Sequence record: NC_048170.1
Length of the DNA: 64,000 nucleotides
Direction: 5' to 3' (one strand)
Positions 49,006-58,099 of this stretch are shown piece by piece. The translations under genes and the position numbers were made by a program. Under the pieces are notes generated by a model that saw only the letters and a program-made list of their open reading frames with translations, had not been told where the DNA came from and searched no databases. Position 1 is the first letter of the stretch; each line of letters begins with the position of its first letter.

Positions 49006-49097
49006 CTTAATAACCTCACGATAAGGTGCTGTCCACTGGCGTCTTGATAACGCATCCCGTCATCGGGTTGTTCTATTCAGCGGGCAGCAGGTTAGCG

Positions 49098-49310
49098 TCA
49101 GATGTTTGCCCGACATCCACGACAGAAATAAACGGTACTGAAAATACGGTCTCCTCTGGTTTGGCAATAAACATAACGTTGGATAACAGAACCCATTTCC
49201 CGCATCCAACGCGGTAAAGGTGTACATCGTTTGAAGTCATATAGTTTCTCAAAGATGTTAACCTCTACCGTCGAGCCATAGGTTGTATTTATCCCGAAGG
49301 TATGGCTCAC
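49098..49310 (-). CDS. Small hypothetical protein
   Basis: 70-aa ORF co-oriented with the operon; overlaps its neighbour. Confidence 0.35.
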   Translation of the reverse strand: MSHTFGINTTYGSTVEVNIFEKLYDFKRCTPLPRWMREMGSVIQRYVYCQTRGDRIFSTVYFCRGCRANI

Positions 49311-49578
49311 GATAAATACGTCGATAGACTTGATGCGGTATAAACTTACAATTTACGAGTTCGTCGCTTAATTTATGCCGTCGCTCCATACCGTTGTGAA
49401 TACGACGTATCTCCCGGATATTAAAGGTTGTTTTATTCAAGAGAATAGACATAATGGCGGATCGATGATCCAGATTAAAGATCGCCATCACGCTTCGTAT
49501 CTCGCGTAAAACAACTTCTCTATCGACAAGGATGCGACTGTTGAGCTTAAGATTCTCCGTGATACCCATAACCTTCAT
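49258..49578 (-). CDS. Basic hypothetical protein
   Basis: Likely start at ATG 49578 (MKVMG); Arg-rich. Confidence 0.45.
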   Translation of the reverse strand: MKVMGITENLKLNSRILVDREVVLREIRSVMAIFNLDHRSAIMSILLNKTTFNIREIRRIHNGMERRHKLSDELVNCKFIPHQVYRRIYREPYLRDKYNLWLDGRG

Positions 49579-49918
49579 CCTCGACACGACGACACATCGG
49601 TAAAAATAAACACCAGCTTGTTGCACTGAGGATCGCCGTTGCGATGATATTTGCGATATCACTCAGTCGAGCATCGACCTGCCACATAACAAGCATAAAA
49701 AGAACGTACGCGAACCCATACACGACAAACCGTTTTATGTTACGTGTCGACCATGTACAAATATACAAAAGGGGAAGCTGCCCTACAACACAAACGATGG
49801 TTCGGATAACGTAATAAACGCGTTCCGTCGATGTTTCAAAATCGATACCCACAGCAAAAATCCCAATCAGTATAAAAGTGATAAAGCAATAGATTTTTGC
49901 GTATTCTTTTAAACTCAT
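49547..49918 (-). CDS. Multi-TM membrane protein
   Basis: About four hydrophobic segments in 123 aa. Confidence 0.6.
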   Translation of the reverse strand: MSLKEYAKIYCFITFILIGIFAVGIDFETSTERVYYVIRTIVCVVGQLPLLYICTWSTRNIKRFVVYGFAYVLFMLVMWQVDARLSDIANIIATAILSATSWCLFLPMCRRVEDEGYGYHGES

Positions 49919-49934
49919 AACTTTTCCTGTTCGT

Positions 49935-50168
49935 TTATTTGCGTTTTCCTACATTCCTCAACAAGGAAACGATAACGAATACCGCTATCATCAAAAAGAC
50001 GAACCATAACCCTACGTTAATTCGGGCAGCCGGTTCATCTACCATGAAGAACATCATTCCACAAAACCCAATCGCCATCCATGCTAAGACCATTCCTGTT
50101 AATCCCCGTAGTAGCATATGTCCCATCATGAACTCCTTCTTACTTTTTCTGATAAAGCGACGATTCAA
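49935..50168 (-). CDS. Two-TM membrane protein
   Basis: 77 aa with two hydrophobic helices. Confidence 0.55.
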   Translation of the reverse strand: MNRRFIRKSKKEFMMGHMLLRGLTGMVLAWMAIGFCGMMFFMVDEPAARINVGLWFVFLMIAVFVIVSLLRNVGKRK

Positions 50169-50302
50169 ATTTTAGAAACACCGCTAACGCGAGTGCGATT
50201 AATAACGCACGTACCCACATACCTCCTTGACAACTGTTATACAACATAAAGACCAGAGCGATGCCGCCCATATGCAGGCGGCACTTATCGAACAGTGTTG
50301 GT

Positions 50303-50530
50303 TTATACATAAGAGATTAAACGTTGAATGATTTTTACTTTACCTTTACCTGGGCCTTTCTTGCAGCGATTCAACAGACGGATACGGGTTCGAGTTACCA
50401 CGTCGCCATCATAATCAGCCTGGAACTGTGATAAAAAAGCAGGCTGTATCGGATCGACACCAGGATTGCTATAGAAAGGATTGAGACTTAAAAGAGAGTT
50501 AGCTGGAATCATCGTATTGTCCTTACTCAA
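50303..50530 (-). CDS. 75-aa protein containing an RNAP catalytic-loop-like motif (QADYDGD)
   Basis: FLSQFQADYDGDVV; ATG directly follows the upstream stop. Confidence 0.55.
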   Translation of the reverse strand: MSKDNTMIPANSLLSLNPFYSNPGVDPIQPAFLSQFQADYDGDVVTRTRIRLLNRCKKGPGKGKVKIIQRLISYV

Positions 50531-50881
50531 TTATTTACCCAGATAGAGGTATTCACCACCCTGAACAACACCGGTTGCCGGATCGACAAGTATACGAACC
50601 CGTGCGTAGGTCTTGAAAGAGGGGTTGAAAACTTCGAAGTCTGCCACTTTCAATTTCACGCTGGGGTTGGTCGGGTTCTTAACTCCAGGGAGTTCTTTCG
50701 GGGTACCGAAATCAACACCGCATTCTTCAAGGTCTGCTGGTGTCATGCTCTCCATGGCCATGTAGATTGCTTTTGCTTTATCGTAAACTTCTGGGCTATC
50801 CAGCAATCCAGCCTGCGCTGAACCGACAACACTACCGAACAGAATAGCAACAGCAACAAACAATTTAGTTAACGTTTTCAT
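50531..50881 (-). CDS. Secreted/periplasmic protein
   Basis: Signal peptide MKTLTKLFVAVAILFGSVVGSAQA; GAGG RBS. Confidence 0.7.
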   Translation of the reverse strand: MKTLTKLFVAVAILFGSVVGSAQAGLLDSPEVYDKAKAIYMAMESMTPADLEECGVDFGTPKELPGVKNPTNPSVKLKVADFEVFNPSFKTYARVRILVDPATGVVQGGEYLYLGK

Positions 50882-50917
50882 GATATTTTCCTCGAAAGTA
50901 AAATGTTACAATACCTA

Positions 50918-51340
50918 TTAACGTACGGCCACTACACTGTTAGCGCATGCCTGAATATCATCGGTATTTACGATGATGGTTTCGTTAAACGCACGAATAC
51001 GCGCACGACGTGCTTCTTTAAGGCTGGCGATTGCATTAGCAGCTTGATCTGTATTCGCAAGGCTAATAACCGGGATCAAACGCATGTCAGGACTACAGAT
51101 ATTCAATGCTTGGTATACACGTCCATTGATTCCTACGGTATCAGACATCGGATAGTGCGCACGGCATTGAAATTGACCCATGACAACAAGCGAACGATCG
51201 GAGATACCAATCTGATAACGACCGTCTTCGCTGTAGGCGTAGCAGTTATTCCCACGAGCCATCCAGTTAGCCTGTGCTTGCGTGCTAACAAAAGCCAGGG
51301 TGGTGACGATAGCGAATACGATATTTTTGAACAGTTTCAT
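50918..51340 (-). CDS. Secreted/periplasmic protein
   Basis: Start moved to ATG 51340: MKLFKNIVFAIVTTLAFVSTQAQA; four Cys. Confidence 0.7.
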   Translation of the reverse strand: MKLFKNIVFAIVTTLAFVSTQAQANWMARGNNCYAYSEDGRYQIGISDRSLVVMGQFQCRAHYPMSDTVGINGRVYQALNICSPDMRLIPVISLANTDQAANAIASLKEARRARIRAFNETIIVNTDDIQACANSVVAVR

Positions 51341-51398
51341 GATAAAGATCCTTATTGAAATAAAATCGGTATAAAGGCCCCCATTTAGGGGGACCTGA

Positions 51399-51716
51399 TT
51401 AGTTTGCACGTAAGAAATGACCCAGAACCGTTACGATTGGAAACAGCCCCGTAACAGTATTATCACCCGAAAACATCATCATTGTTCCGTTAACGGTGAT
51501 GAAACGGATGTCGGTTGCGGACCCATCGATAGCGACAAAACGCATCGAGTTCGGTGGAAGGTCCTCAACCACTTCCACGAGGTACTCGCGATTATCAAAG
51601 GCTTCTTTAACACGACGCATGAAACGAATCAAGGTTCCTTCCGCGTCAGCTTCCAAATGACCTAAGATATCGCGATTATTACGAATAGCAAATACAGCCA
51701 TTTTAAACATACTCAT
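51399..51716 (-). CDS. Hypothetical protein
   Basis: 105 aa; leader nearly identical to that of 24197..24622. Confidence 0.65.
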   Translation of the reverse strand: MSMFKMAVFAIRNNRDILGHLEADAEGTLIRFMRRVKEAFDNREYLVEVVEDLPPNSMRFVAIDGSATDIRFITVNGTMMMFSGDNTVTGLFPIVTVLGHFLRAN

Positions 51717-51789
51717 CTTGACATCCTTTTATATTGGATTGGTTGCTAATAATTCAAGGTGAAGCTGATTACTGCATTGCTTCACCTAA

Positions 51790-51806
51790 GTAATATAGCC
51801 GTGAAA
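51790..51806 (-). promoter_or_regulatory. Putative phage early promoter
   Basis: Minus strand TTTCACGGCTATATTAC contains TATATTAC, the phiKZ early promoter core. Confidence 0.6.
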
Positions 51807-51824
51807 ATTAATGTATTAACCCAT

Positions 51825-52835
51825 TCACGCTTTTGCTAAGTAGGGTTGGATCTCATTAATCCGTTTAACCACAACCTCAGGGAAAAGTTTGAGTATTTCA
51901 TCAGGTGGTATCGTACCTTCTGTCCAACGATAGCGTTCGACCATCTCGATGCGTGGACTCCCTCCGACATCAGCGATACGAAAGATACAGGCGATGCCTA
52001 AATCGAAGCATACGCTGTAAATATCTTCCGTACCTCCTTTATCAGCAAGTATTTTCGCAAAATGCTCGTTGTCAGGAAGAATGGCTAAATTACGGATACA
52101 CCAAACATTACTACCCATTTCTTCAAGTTTTGGGTAAGTTAAAGTGTGTCCGTATTGTGTTAACCATCGATGACTTTCGAGGTAGAAGTCCTTATCCCCT
52201 GGTCGATAACCCAATATCACTCCCGTGTAGAAGAGATTGGGCATATCGAGCAGTTCTCGAATCGTTGGGCCGGTATGCTCCCAGAGACAGATTTGTTTAC
52301 GGTCTATATCGTAATCTGTGACGTTACTCACCTCCCAACTTATCGTAAGTTCATCGGCAACACGCCAACCTAAAGCATGTTCGCCACCAAGCAGATTAAC
52401 AATGGCCGATATTTCATACTTGTCAAATACGCCTAAATTACGCGGTGGTTGCATCGTACGTAATGGCTCCCACAGCACACTGTAATCATAGAGCAAATGG
52501 CGACATAAACTTTTTGTTAGGGGTGTCTGTTCAGTGAAAAGTGGAAGAATCACCGTATCCAATAACGGGCGTAACGGATGATCGTTCGGTGGTAACGGGG
52601 CAGCCAGCCGACCTCCTTCTTTGGGGTAATCGAGACCAAACCCGTAACGCTCCGAAATAAGCGCAACCAGCACTTTTGCTACGCGGTTACGTAGCATGCG
52701 ATGGATATCATCACTGTAACTGAATTTCGGTTTATTTCCGCAAACGAAGGTGAAGTATCTAGGCGATAGCTTAACCATAGTCTTTTCCTTAATCCAGATA
52801 GTACGTGATGGATAGGTCTTTTCCATCGAATACAA
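51825..52835 (-). CDS. Hypothetical protein
   Basis: About 320-336 aa. Confidence 0.6.
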   Translation of the reverse strand: MYSMEKTYPSRTIWIKEKTMVKLSPRYFTFVCGNKPKFSYSDDIHRMLRNRVAKVLVALISERYGFGLDYPKEGGRLAAPLPPNDHPLRPLLDTVILPLFTEQTPLTKSLCRHLLYDYSVLWEPLRTMQPPRNLGVFDKYEISAIVNLLGGEHALGWRVADELTISWEVSNVTDYDIDRKQICLWEHTGPTIRELLDMPNLFYTGVILGYRPGDKDFYLESHRWLTQYGHTLTYPKLEEMGSNVWCIRNLAILPDNEHFAKILADKGGTEDIYSVCFDLGIACIFRIADVGGSPRIEMVERYRWTEGTIPPDEILKLFPEVVVKRINEIQPYLAKA

Positions 52836-53235
52836 TATCCGTGCAGTCGTGGATGGTCGGTAATACCATTTTTGCTGCTATTGGGACGTATGCTTGCAAC
52901 TCCATGAAGTTATTCATACGGAACGCACGACGTACCATCAACGGCGTTAGTGTAAACGTTACGCTAACGTTACCGCTTGGGAGCAGGTGCATTATCGCAT
53001 GCCCGTGATCGCACCAGCAATGGTTTTCGATCCATCCGGTGTAAATCAGAATATCTTTATCTTCGTCGTAATAAGCAATACCGGTCTGCTTTAAGTGGCT
53101 GGTAAATCGAGAGGCTTGCTCGTAGCCTGCACGCAACATTCGAGCAACCAGTCGAGTATTGTTAGCGATTCGATTCTGTTCGTTGGTTTTTGTGGTTTTG
53201 AAAATTTCGATACGTTCTGCTTTTGTAATTTGCAT
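52789..53235 (-). CDS. Hypothetical protein
   Basis: 148 aa. Confidence 0.55.
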   Translation of the reverse strand: MQITKAERIEIFKTTKTNEQNRIANNTRLVARMLRAGYEQASRFTSHLKQTGIAYYDEDKDILIYTGWIENHCWCDHGHAIMHLLPSGNVSVTFTLTPLMVRRAFRMNNFMELQAYVPIAAKMVLPTIHDCTDIVFDGKDLSITYYLD

Positions 53236-53237
53236 GG

Positions 53238-53654
53238 TTACTGTCCTATTGAATTGTGTTTAAATAATTGGATAAATGGGGTACCAAATAAAGGGCTATA
53301 TGAATGTATTCGGTTCTCCTCCGATTCGTAATACTCGATAGGCCACGATATTGGTTTAGGTAGACGATCTAATGCTTGCAACACAGCGTGTTTAACATCA
53401 TTACTTTCGATCGGATACGGAAGTACCGTCGACGAACAGAACACGCGTGTTCGATGTAAATAAATGAGATGCTGCTGTAGCTTAGACAAACGCCTACGCT
53501 TGATTAAGAAACCGATTACGCGGCAATCGGGGTGATCGTAGTGATAACGTGCGCTATCGAAATAAGCCCGTTCCCCTTTAGCAATGAGATACTTTATCGC
53601 TTGCATGAAAGAGTAACGGCGTAATTCTCCATCAGCCAACATAACACGAATCAT
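53238..53654 (-). CDS. Hypothetical protein
   Basis: 138 aa, coupled. Confidence 0.55.
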   Translation of the reverse strand: MIRVMLADGELRRYSFMQAIKYLIAKGERAYFDSARYHYDHPDCRVIGFLIKRRRLSKLQQHLIYLHRTRVFCSSTVLPYPIESNDVKHAVLQALDRLPKPISWPIEYYESEENRIHSYSPLFGTPFIQLFKHNSIGQ

Positions 53655-54253
53655 TACTTAGGTTCCAGTGTTGGTCCGAACAACCAGAATGTCAGACGCT
53701 GGTAAACCTGTTCGATGACTGCGGCTTCTGTTTGCTCTTCTAGTGCTTTCCCTTTCTTATGTTGTATTTCTGGCGGGATGTCGCCGTTGTAAACATACTC
53801 TGTTGAGAAGTCCCACGCCAGCCGTTTACCGAAAGTGGGTAAGAACACCTCTTCGAATCGGAACGCTTTCGAATTCCAATGAAGCAGCTGATCGGATTCA
53901 ACATGTAAAGCTTTATTACGTTTGCTTGGCATGTTTCCGAAGTACTGAACGATAGCTGATTTCATAACCTGATCTGCGAAGTCTTTGGCTTCGGCCTCAT
54001 CGAGGGGAGGCAGACGATGCGACAGATTCAGCTTGCGTTGCTCAACATCGATCTTACGCATTGCTTTAATCAAATCACCAGGAACGATTTTACCCTTATG
54101 GCCTTCCTGTCGATGTACGAAACACCCCTGGAATAGCACGCAAAGTTCTTGAGGTGCGGTACTTTCCATTCGTCCGTAAGCAACGATCACCGATCGACGA
54201 CGATCGATAACTTCACGGATAAACCGCGGCTCAGTAATACTCACCACTGTCAT
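53654..54253 (-). CDS. Hypothetical protein
   Basis: 199 aa, AGAGG RBS. Confidence 0.6.
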   Translation of the reverse strand: MTVVSITEPRFIREVIDRRRSVIVAYGRMESTAPQELCVLFQGCFVHRQEGHKGKIVPGDLIKAMRKIDVEQRKLNLSHRLPPLDEAEAKDFADQVMKSAIVQYFGNMPSKRNKALHVESDQLLHWNSKAFRFEEVFLPTFGKRLAWDFSTEYVYNGDIPPEIQHKKGKALEEQTEAAVIEQVYQRLTFWLFGPTLEPK

Positions 54254-54297
54254 TTAAAGCCCTCTTTATCTTTTTCCATTTCTCTTTACATAACCAC

Positions 54298-54984
54298 TTA
54301 AGACGTTGCCATCTTACCTTCCAGAGACTTCTTCGGTAAACCATGGATAACTCCTTCCGGGGTTAAGAACACACAGTCTGGATTCTGCGTTCGTGAACGG
54401 TCTTCTGGACTGTTCAACGAGAACAACAACGCAGAAATACCTTTTGTCCGATTTAACGTTGCGACGATCACATCAAGCTGCCGTAGCGCATCCGATACGG
54501 TTCGATGTGGAACGATTCGCGACTGTTTGAAGCTGGCTAACCGCCAAGTCTCGAACAAACAACGCAGTTTAAACACGTCGGACGGAATAGCTGTAGATCC
54601 CTGTTCGATAACCTCAACCCGATCAGCTTCAGGATAACCTACAGCAACCGCACTAAAGTGTCTTACCCCATTATGAAAATCATCGATAGACGCTTCAGCG
54701 TATTTACATACCGTACCAGAAACGACCATCACTTTTGCTAAACCGCGATAATTGATCGTTAACGGAATACGAAATACACGTAAAGCATGTTCCGGATTTA
54801 ATGAGACGTCATTCACTTTCGCAGATACCAGCGCACCTCGTTCATATCGAGCTTTGAACGGCAGCCCATTATAAACGGGATTGATCACAACGCCCCCTGG
54901 GGAGGCGTTAGCGTTAAGATGAGTGTTAAGCCAATCGGATACTTCCTGTCTGCTGGTTACGATCAACATAAAACGGTCCTCCAT
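54298..54984 (-). CDS. Degenerate NAD-dependent ligase adenylation-domain paralog
   Basis: VINPVYNGLPFKARYERGALVSA vs [23 protein letters not shown] of ligA; the catalytic Lys is replaced. Start moved to ATG 54984. Confidence 0.5.
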   Translation of the reverse strand: MEDRFMLIVTSRQEVSDWLNTHLNANASPGGVVINPVYNGLPFKARYERGALVSAKVNDVSLNPEHALRVFRIPLTINYRGLAKVMVVSGTVCKYAEASIDDFHNGVRHFSAVAVGYPEADRVEVIEQGSTAIPSDVFKLRCLFETWRLASFKQSRIVPHRTVSDALRQLDVIVATLNRTKGISALLFSLNSPEDRSRTQNPDCVFLTPEGVIHGLPKKSLEGKMATS

Positions 54985-54994
54985 TTCTTTTCCT

Positions 54995-55645
54995 TCATTC
55001 ATGACGCATATCTTCCAAATCATCCTTTTGTTTTGTAAATTCTGATTGCTTGCGATAAACCGTCCATAAGTCGTATATACCGTGAAAGTTAAGATGGCGC
55101 GCATTTAAGTTAACGGTGAATTCTTCCACAGAGGCAAAATCCGAACGAAGCATCGAATGGAAGGTGTCATCTCCAGTGCAGCCTCCGTATCCTTCACCCT
55201 GATAGACCAAAAGCTGGTGAGGTTGGATACGTGCGGCAACCAATGCAGCTTGTGGTTCGTCGTAAGGCGGCCACGACAGTAGAATAACGTCGTACTGTGA
55301 AAGATCGATGTTTGTGTAGTCGGCTTGCTGGATATCATCAATAAACGGATGGGGATGTATTGCGGTGTCGTACGCGGTAACGTCCTCAACACCAAGTTTA
55401 CGTAACACGTAAGTCAGATAACCTGTCCCACAACCCAAGTCAGCGATGCGTCGTCCGTAACAGATGTTCGCTAACTGGAGCGCGGTATCCATGGTTAACA
55501 ACGACCATCCGATGTGCTGAGTGTATTCTTCACGCATATCCCATTGTTGTCGATACGGCATCGGTTCTAAGATAGCAGCAAGCTGCTGGTACGGCAACGG
55601 CATTTTGGTTTCGCCTTGCGTGAGTAATGCGATAACATCGTTCAT
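54995..55645 (-). CDS. Class I SAM-dependent methyltransferase
   Basis: IADLGCGTGYL motif I, VTAYD and LLSWPPY. Start moved to ATG 55645 because a family hairpin lies at 55663-55688. Confidence 0.8.
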   Translation of the reverse strand: MNDVIALLTQGETKMPLPYQQLAAILEPMPYRQQWDMREEYTQHIGWSLLTMDTALQLANICYGRRIADLGCGTGYLTYVLRKLGVEDVTAYDTAIHPHPFIDDIQQADYTNIDLSQYDVILLSWPPYDEPQAALVAARIQPHQLLVYQGEGYGGCTGDDTFHSMLRSDFASVEEFTVNLNARHLNFHGIYDLWTVYRKQSEFTKQKDDLEDMRHE

Positions 55646-55693
55646 TTTGTTTCCTTTTATCGGCATAAGCCCTCCCATGCCGGGAGGGTACAA

Positions 55694-56122
55694 TTATTCA
55701 TTTTCAATAACTTTAAGATTCGGTGTACCGAGCGTTTTCTTCACCAACGCTTCGGCAACACGTTTCTCGATGAAATCGGTTGCATTGCTTCCGTCTATCG
55801 TACGCATATCGCCACGGAAATTGCTGAAGACCATAAACAAGTCACAACCATCGATAGGTATCGCAAGATCATAACTGACTTGTGATGCTGTGAAATGGAC
55901 ACCCACGACAACGGCGGGAACGAATTTAACCGCTATGTTATCTCCTTCTTCTCCGGTTCCGAACGGAAGCTCAACACGATCACCGATAGAGAACTGTGAG
56001 ACATCATTAATCGCGTGAGTTAGTGCGATTCGTTGCATGTCGGCGATCTTTTCCTTATTCGCGTCGCAAGGTAGGTCCAAGACTTCTTCCAACGTGAAGA
56101 ATTTACGATCGAACCAGCTCAT
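55694..56122 (-). CDS. Hypothetical protein (SH3-like beta motif)
   Basis: FSIGDRVEL...AVVVGVHF...SYDL. Confidence 0.55.
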   Translation of the reverse strand: MSWFDRKFFTLEEVLDLPCDANKEKIADMQRIALTHAINDVSQFSIGDRVELPFGTGEEGDNIAVKFVPAVVVGVHFTASQVSYDLAIPIDGCDLFMVFSNFRGDMRTIDGSNATDFIEKRVAEALVKKTLGTPNLKVIENE

Positions 56123-56123
56123 G

Positions 56124-56657
56124 TTAAGCTCCTTTGTGTTTTACGGACGATGTTAACCAGGACGATCTTACCGTGAAACCCTCAGACTCGTAGAACGCCT
56201 GGGCTTCGTCGTTATCAGCACGAACATCCAGACCGATAGAATGACCACCGCATCGGTAAGCGATGTTACGTGCTTCATTCATCAAGGCGTGGCCGATCCC
56301 GCGTCCACGGTATTCCGGTTTTACAATAATCGATGTAACATCGTGAATACCCATATGGCTCTCTGTATTCACTTCCAAGAGACCCACTGGTACTGAAGCG
56401 ATAGCATCGATCATAACGACCAACTTTGCGGTGTCTGGTAAACGCTTTTCTAATTCTAAAGCATCGTACTCGCGTTTTAAATCGGGGATATTCTCAAACA
56501 TAAACGTGGTAGCCCATGCCTCTGATTCTACATCGTCGAGAATACGGTACAGCTCACGAATCTGTCGTTTATGTGGGTAAAGGTGTGGATCGGCAGCCGT
56601 TGAGGCGATAACGCAATAGAACGGTCGTTCATTAATAACTACTGTTTTGATGCTCAT
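56124..56657 (-). CDS. GNAT acetyltransferase
   Basis: IIVKPEYRGRGIGHALM and DNDEAQAFYESEGF. Confidence 0.9.
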   Translation of the reverse strand: MSIKTVVINERPFYCVIASTAADPHLYPHKRQIRELYRILDDVESEAWATTFMFENIPDLKREYDALELEKRLPDTAKLVVMIDAIASVPVGLLEVNTESHMGIHDVTSIIVKPEYRGRGIGHALMNEARNIAYRCGGHSIGLDVRADNDEAQAFYESEGFTVRSSWLTSSVKHKGA

Positions 56658-57160
56658 GCTAAAATTCCCTCATTACCTAACAGTCGATTACGATGACGTC
56701 GGTACATTTGACAAAGTGTTGTGATTTGATAATGTTTGTTGTAACGTACCTCGATACGTTTTTGCACCTCTTTCCATGGAAGTTTATCGTATTGCCGATA
56801 ACGATGGATTTCATTTAACATACGAAGACGAGTAGGATCGGTGTTCTTTATCGTCGTGAGCTTCACACGTTGATATCCACGCTGTAGTCCCGATTCGGAA
56901 TACGTGACGTCAAACTCATCTTGAATGATGGTAATGATCTCCCGCCACCGACGGTTCTCGCCGTCACGTAAATGGACAACCCGTGATAAGATATCGTTCC
57001 GATTACGATGACTCAGTTTAATGTTAAGCATTGAAGCAATCGCGCTAATTGCTCTCTGACTCCGTCCTAACGCTTCACCTATTTCTTTCGATGTCATGAC
57101 GCCCGCGTTTCGGCGTATGAATGCGATTTCGGTTGTTGTGTATTCTTTACCTGCTGCCAT
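56654..57160 (-). CDS. Multi-repeat Myb/SANT-like HTH protein 6
   Basis: YTTTEIAFI...EIGEALGRS plus two W..I...I...F..Y type repeats. Confidence 0.7.
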   Translation of the reverse strand: MAAGKEYTTTEIAFIRRNAGVMTSKEIGEALGRSQRAISAIASMLNIKLSHRNRNDILSRVVHLRDGENRRWREIITIIQDEFDVTYSESGLQRGYQRVKLTTIKNTDPTRLRMLNEIHRYRQYDKLPWKEVQKRIEVRYNKHYQITTLCQMYRRHRNRLLGNEGILA

Positions 57161-57624
57161 TTCTTACCACGTGTGTTATAATAGTAACGCTGACAAAGAT
57201 GTGTGTGATGGTACTCCCGTTTGAACTCGACGCTGATAATGCGAGCAACTTCTCTCCAGTTAACTCCTTCATGCCGGAGTGCTGTAATACGGTCTGAAAT
57301 TTTGCACCATTCATCTGGATCGTATCGTCGTAGCTTGAGTCGTCGTATTACGGAGGCGACACTCGCTCTCGATCGGCCAAGATGATTTGACAGTTGTTTA
57401 ACCGAGTATCTGTGGATATTGTCACGAATATAGGAAATCTCGTTGTTCGTATATGCCTCATTGGTTCTCGACGAAGGGAACAGCATATACAACTTATTCT
57501 TAATCGCGCTTTCTGTGCGTTGAAATACAGAAGCCAGCTCACTAACCGGTGGTCTGGGTATCTGGTCCGCGTAATTCTCGAGGCGTGAGAGTTCCTCATC
57601 TGTCCAGCGACGGTATTTGCGCAC
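57094..57624 (-). CDS. Three-repeat Myb/SANT-like HTH protein 5
   Basis: GTG start after AAGGAG; WTDEELSRL, YTNNEISYI, WREVARII. Confidence 0.7.
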   Translation of the reverse strand: MRKYRRWTDEELSRLENYADQIPRPPVSELASVFQRTESAIKNKLYMLFPSSRTNEAYTNNEISYIRDNIHRYSVKQLSNHLGRSRASVASVIRRLKLRRYDPDEWCKISDRITALRHEGVNWREVARIISVEFKREYHHTHLCQRYYYNTRGKKWQQVKNTQQPKSHSYAETRAS

Positions 57625-58099
57625 GGGCAACTCCTTTGTTTTTCGTGTAGTAACACCAACGTTGATACAACGCATGTTTATTCGTCGTAATCCCAAATTT
57701 AACAACAACGTCGTATGTGATAACATTCCAATTTTGGGTAACGTTAAGTCGTTCCGCGATAAACGCGATAATCGCTTCCCGTTCTTGCTTTGTTAACGCA
57801 CGACGAATTCCATTAAGCCGTATAAACTGACGAACCGAGTCATACGAACGGTTTAAATCGTACGCAATCTCCCTCAACGATTTTTGTTTGATTACGGACT
57901 TGATGTACGCGCGTTCTTCTTCCGTATACGGTCGATGCTTTTGGCGTTGACGTATTCCCAAACGTCCCAGACGCGCGTCGATGCTGGCGCGTGTTCGTCC
58001 TGTCCGTTGTGCGATTTCATCAATCGTCAGCGACGTGTTCAAGTACAGGTGTATAACATCTTTTAACTCATCGTTACGCCACGGCCGAGGTCGTCCCAT
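57596..58099 (-). CDS. Three-repeat Myb/SANT-like HTH protein 4
   Basis: WRNDELKDV, YTEEERAYI, WNVITYDV. Confidence 0.7.
   Translation of the reverse strand: MGRPRPWRNDELKDVIHLYLNTSLTIDEIAQRTGRTRASIDARLGRLGIRQRQKHRPYTEEERAYIKSVIKQKSLREIAYDLNRSYDSVRQFIRLNGIRRALTKQEREAIIAFIAERLNVTQNWNVITYDVVVKFGITTNKHALYQRWCYYTKNKGVARAQIPSLDR

Noticed and set aside
54985-55104. Apparent 110-bp overlap between the ligase paralog and the MTase
   Set aside because: Disappears when the RBS-supported start at 54984 is used.
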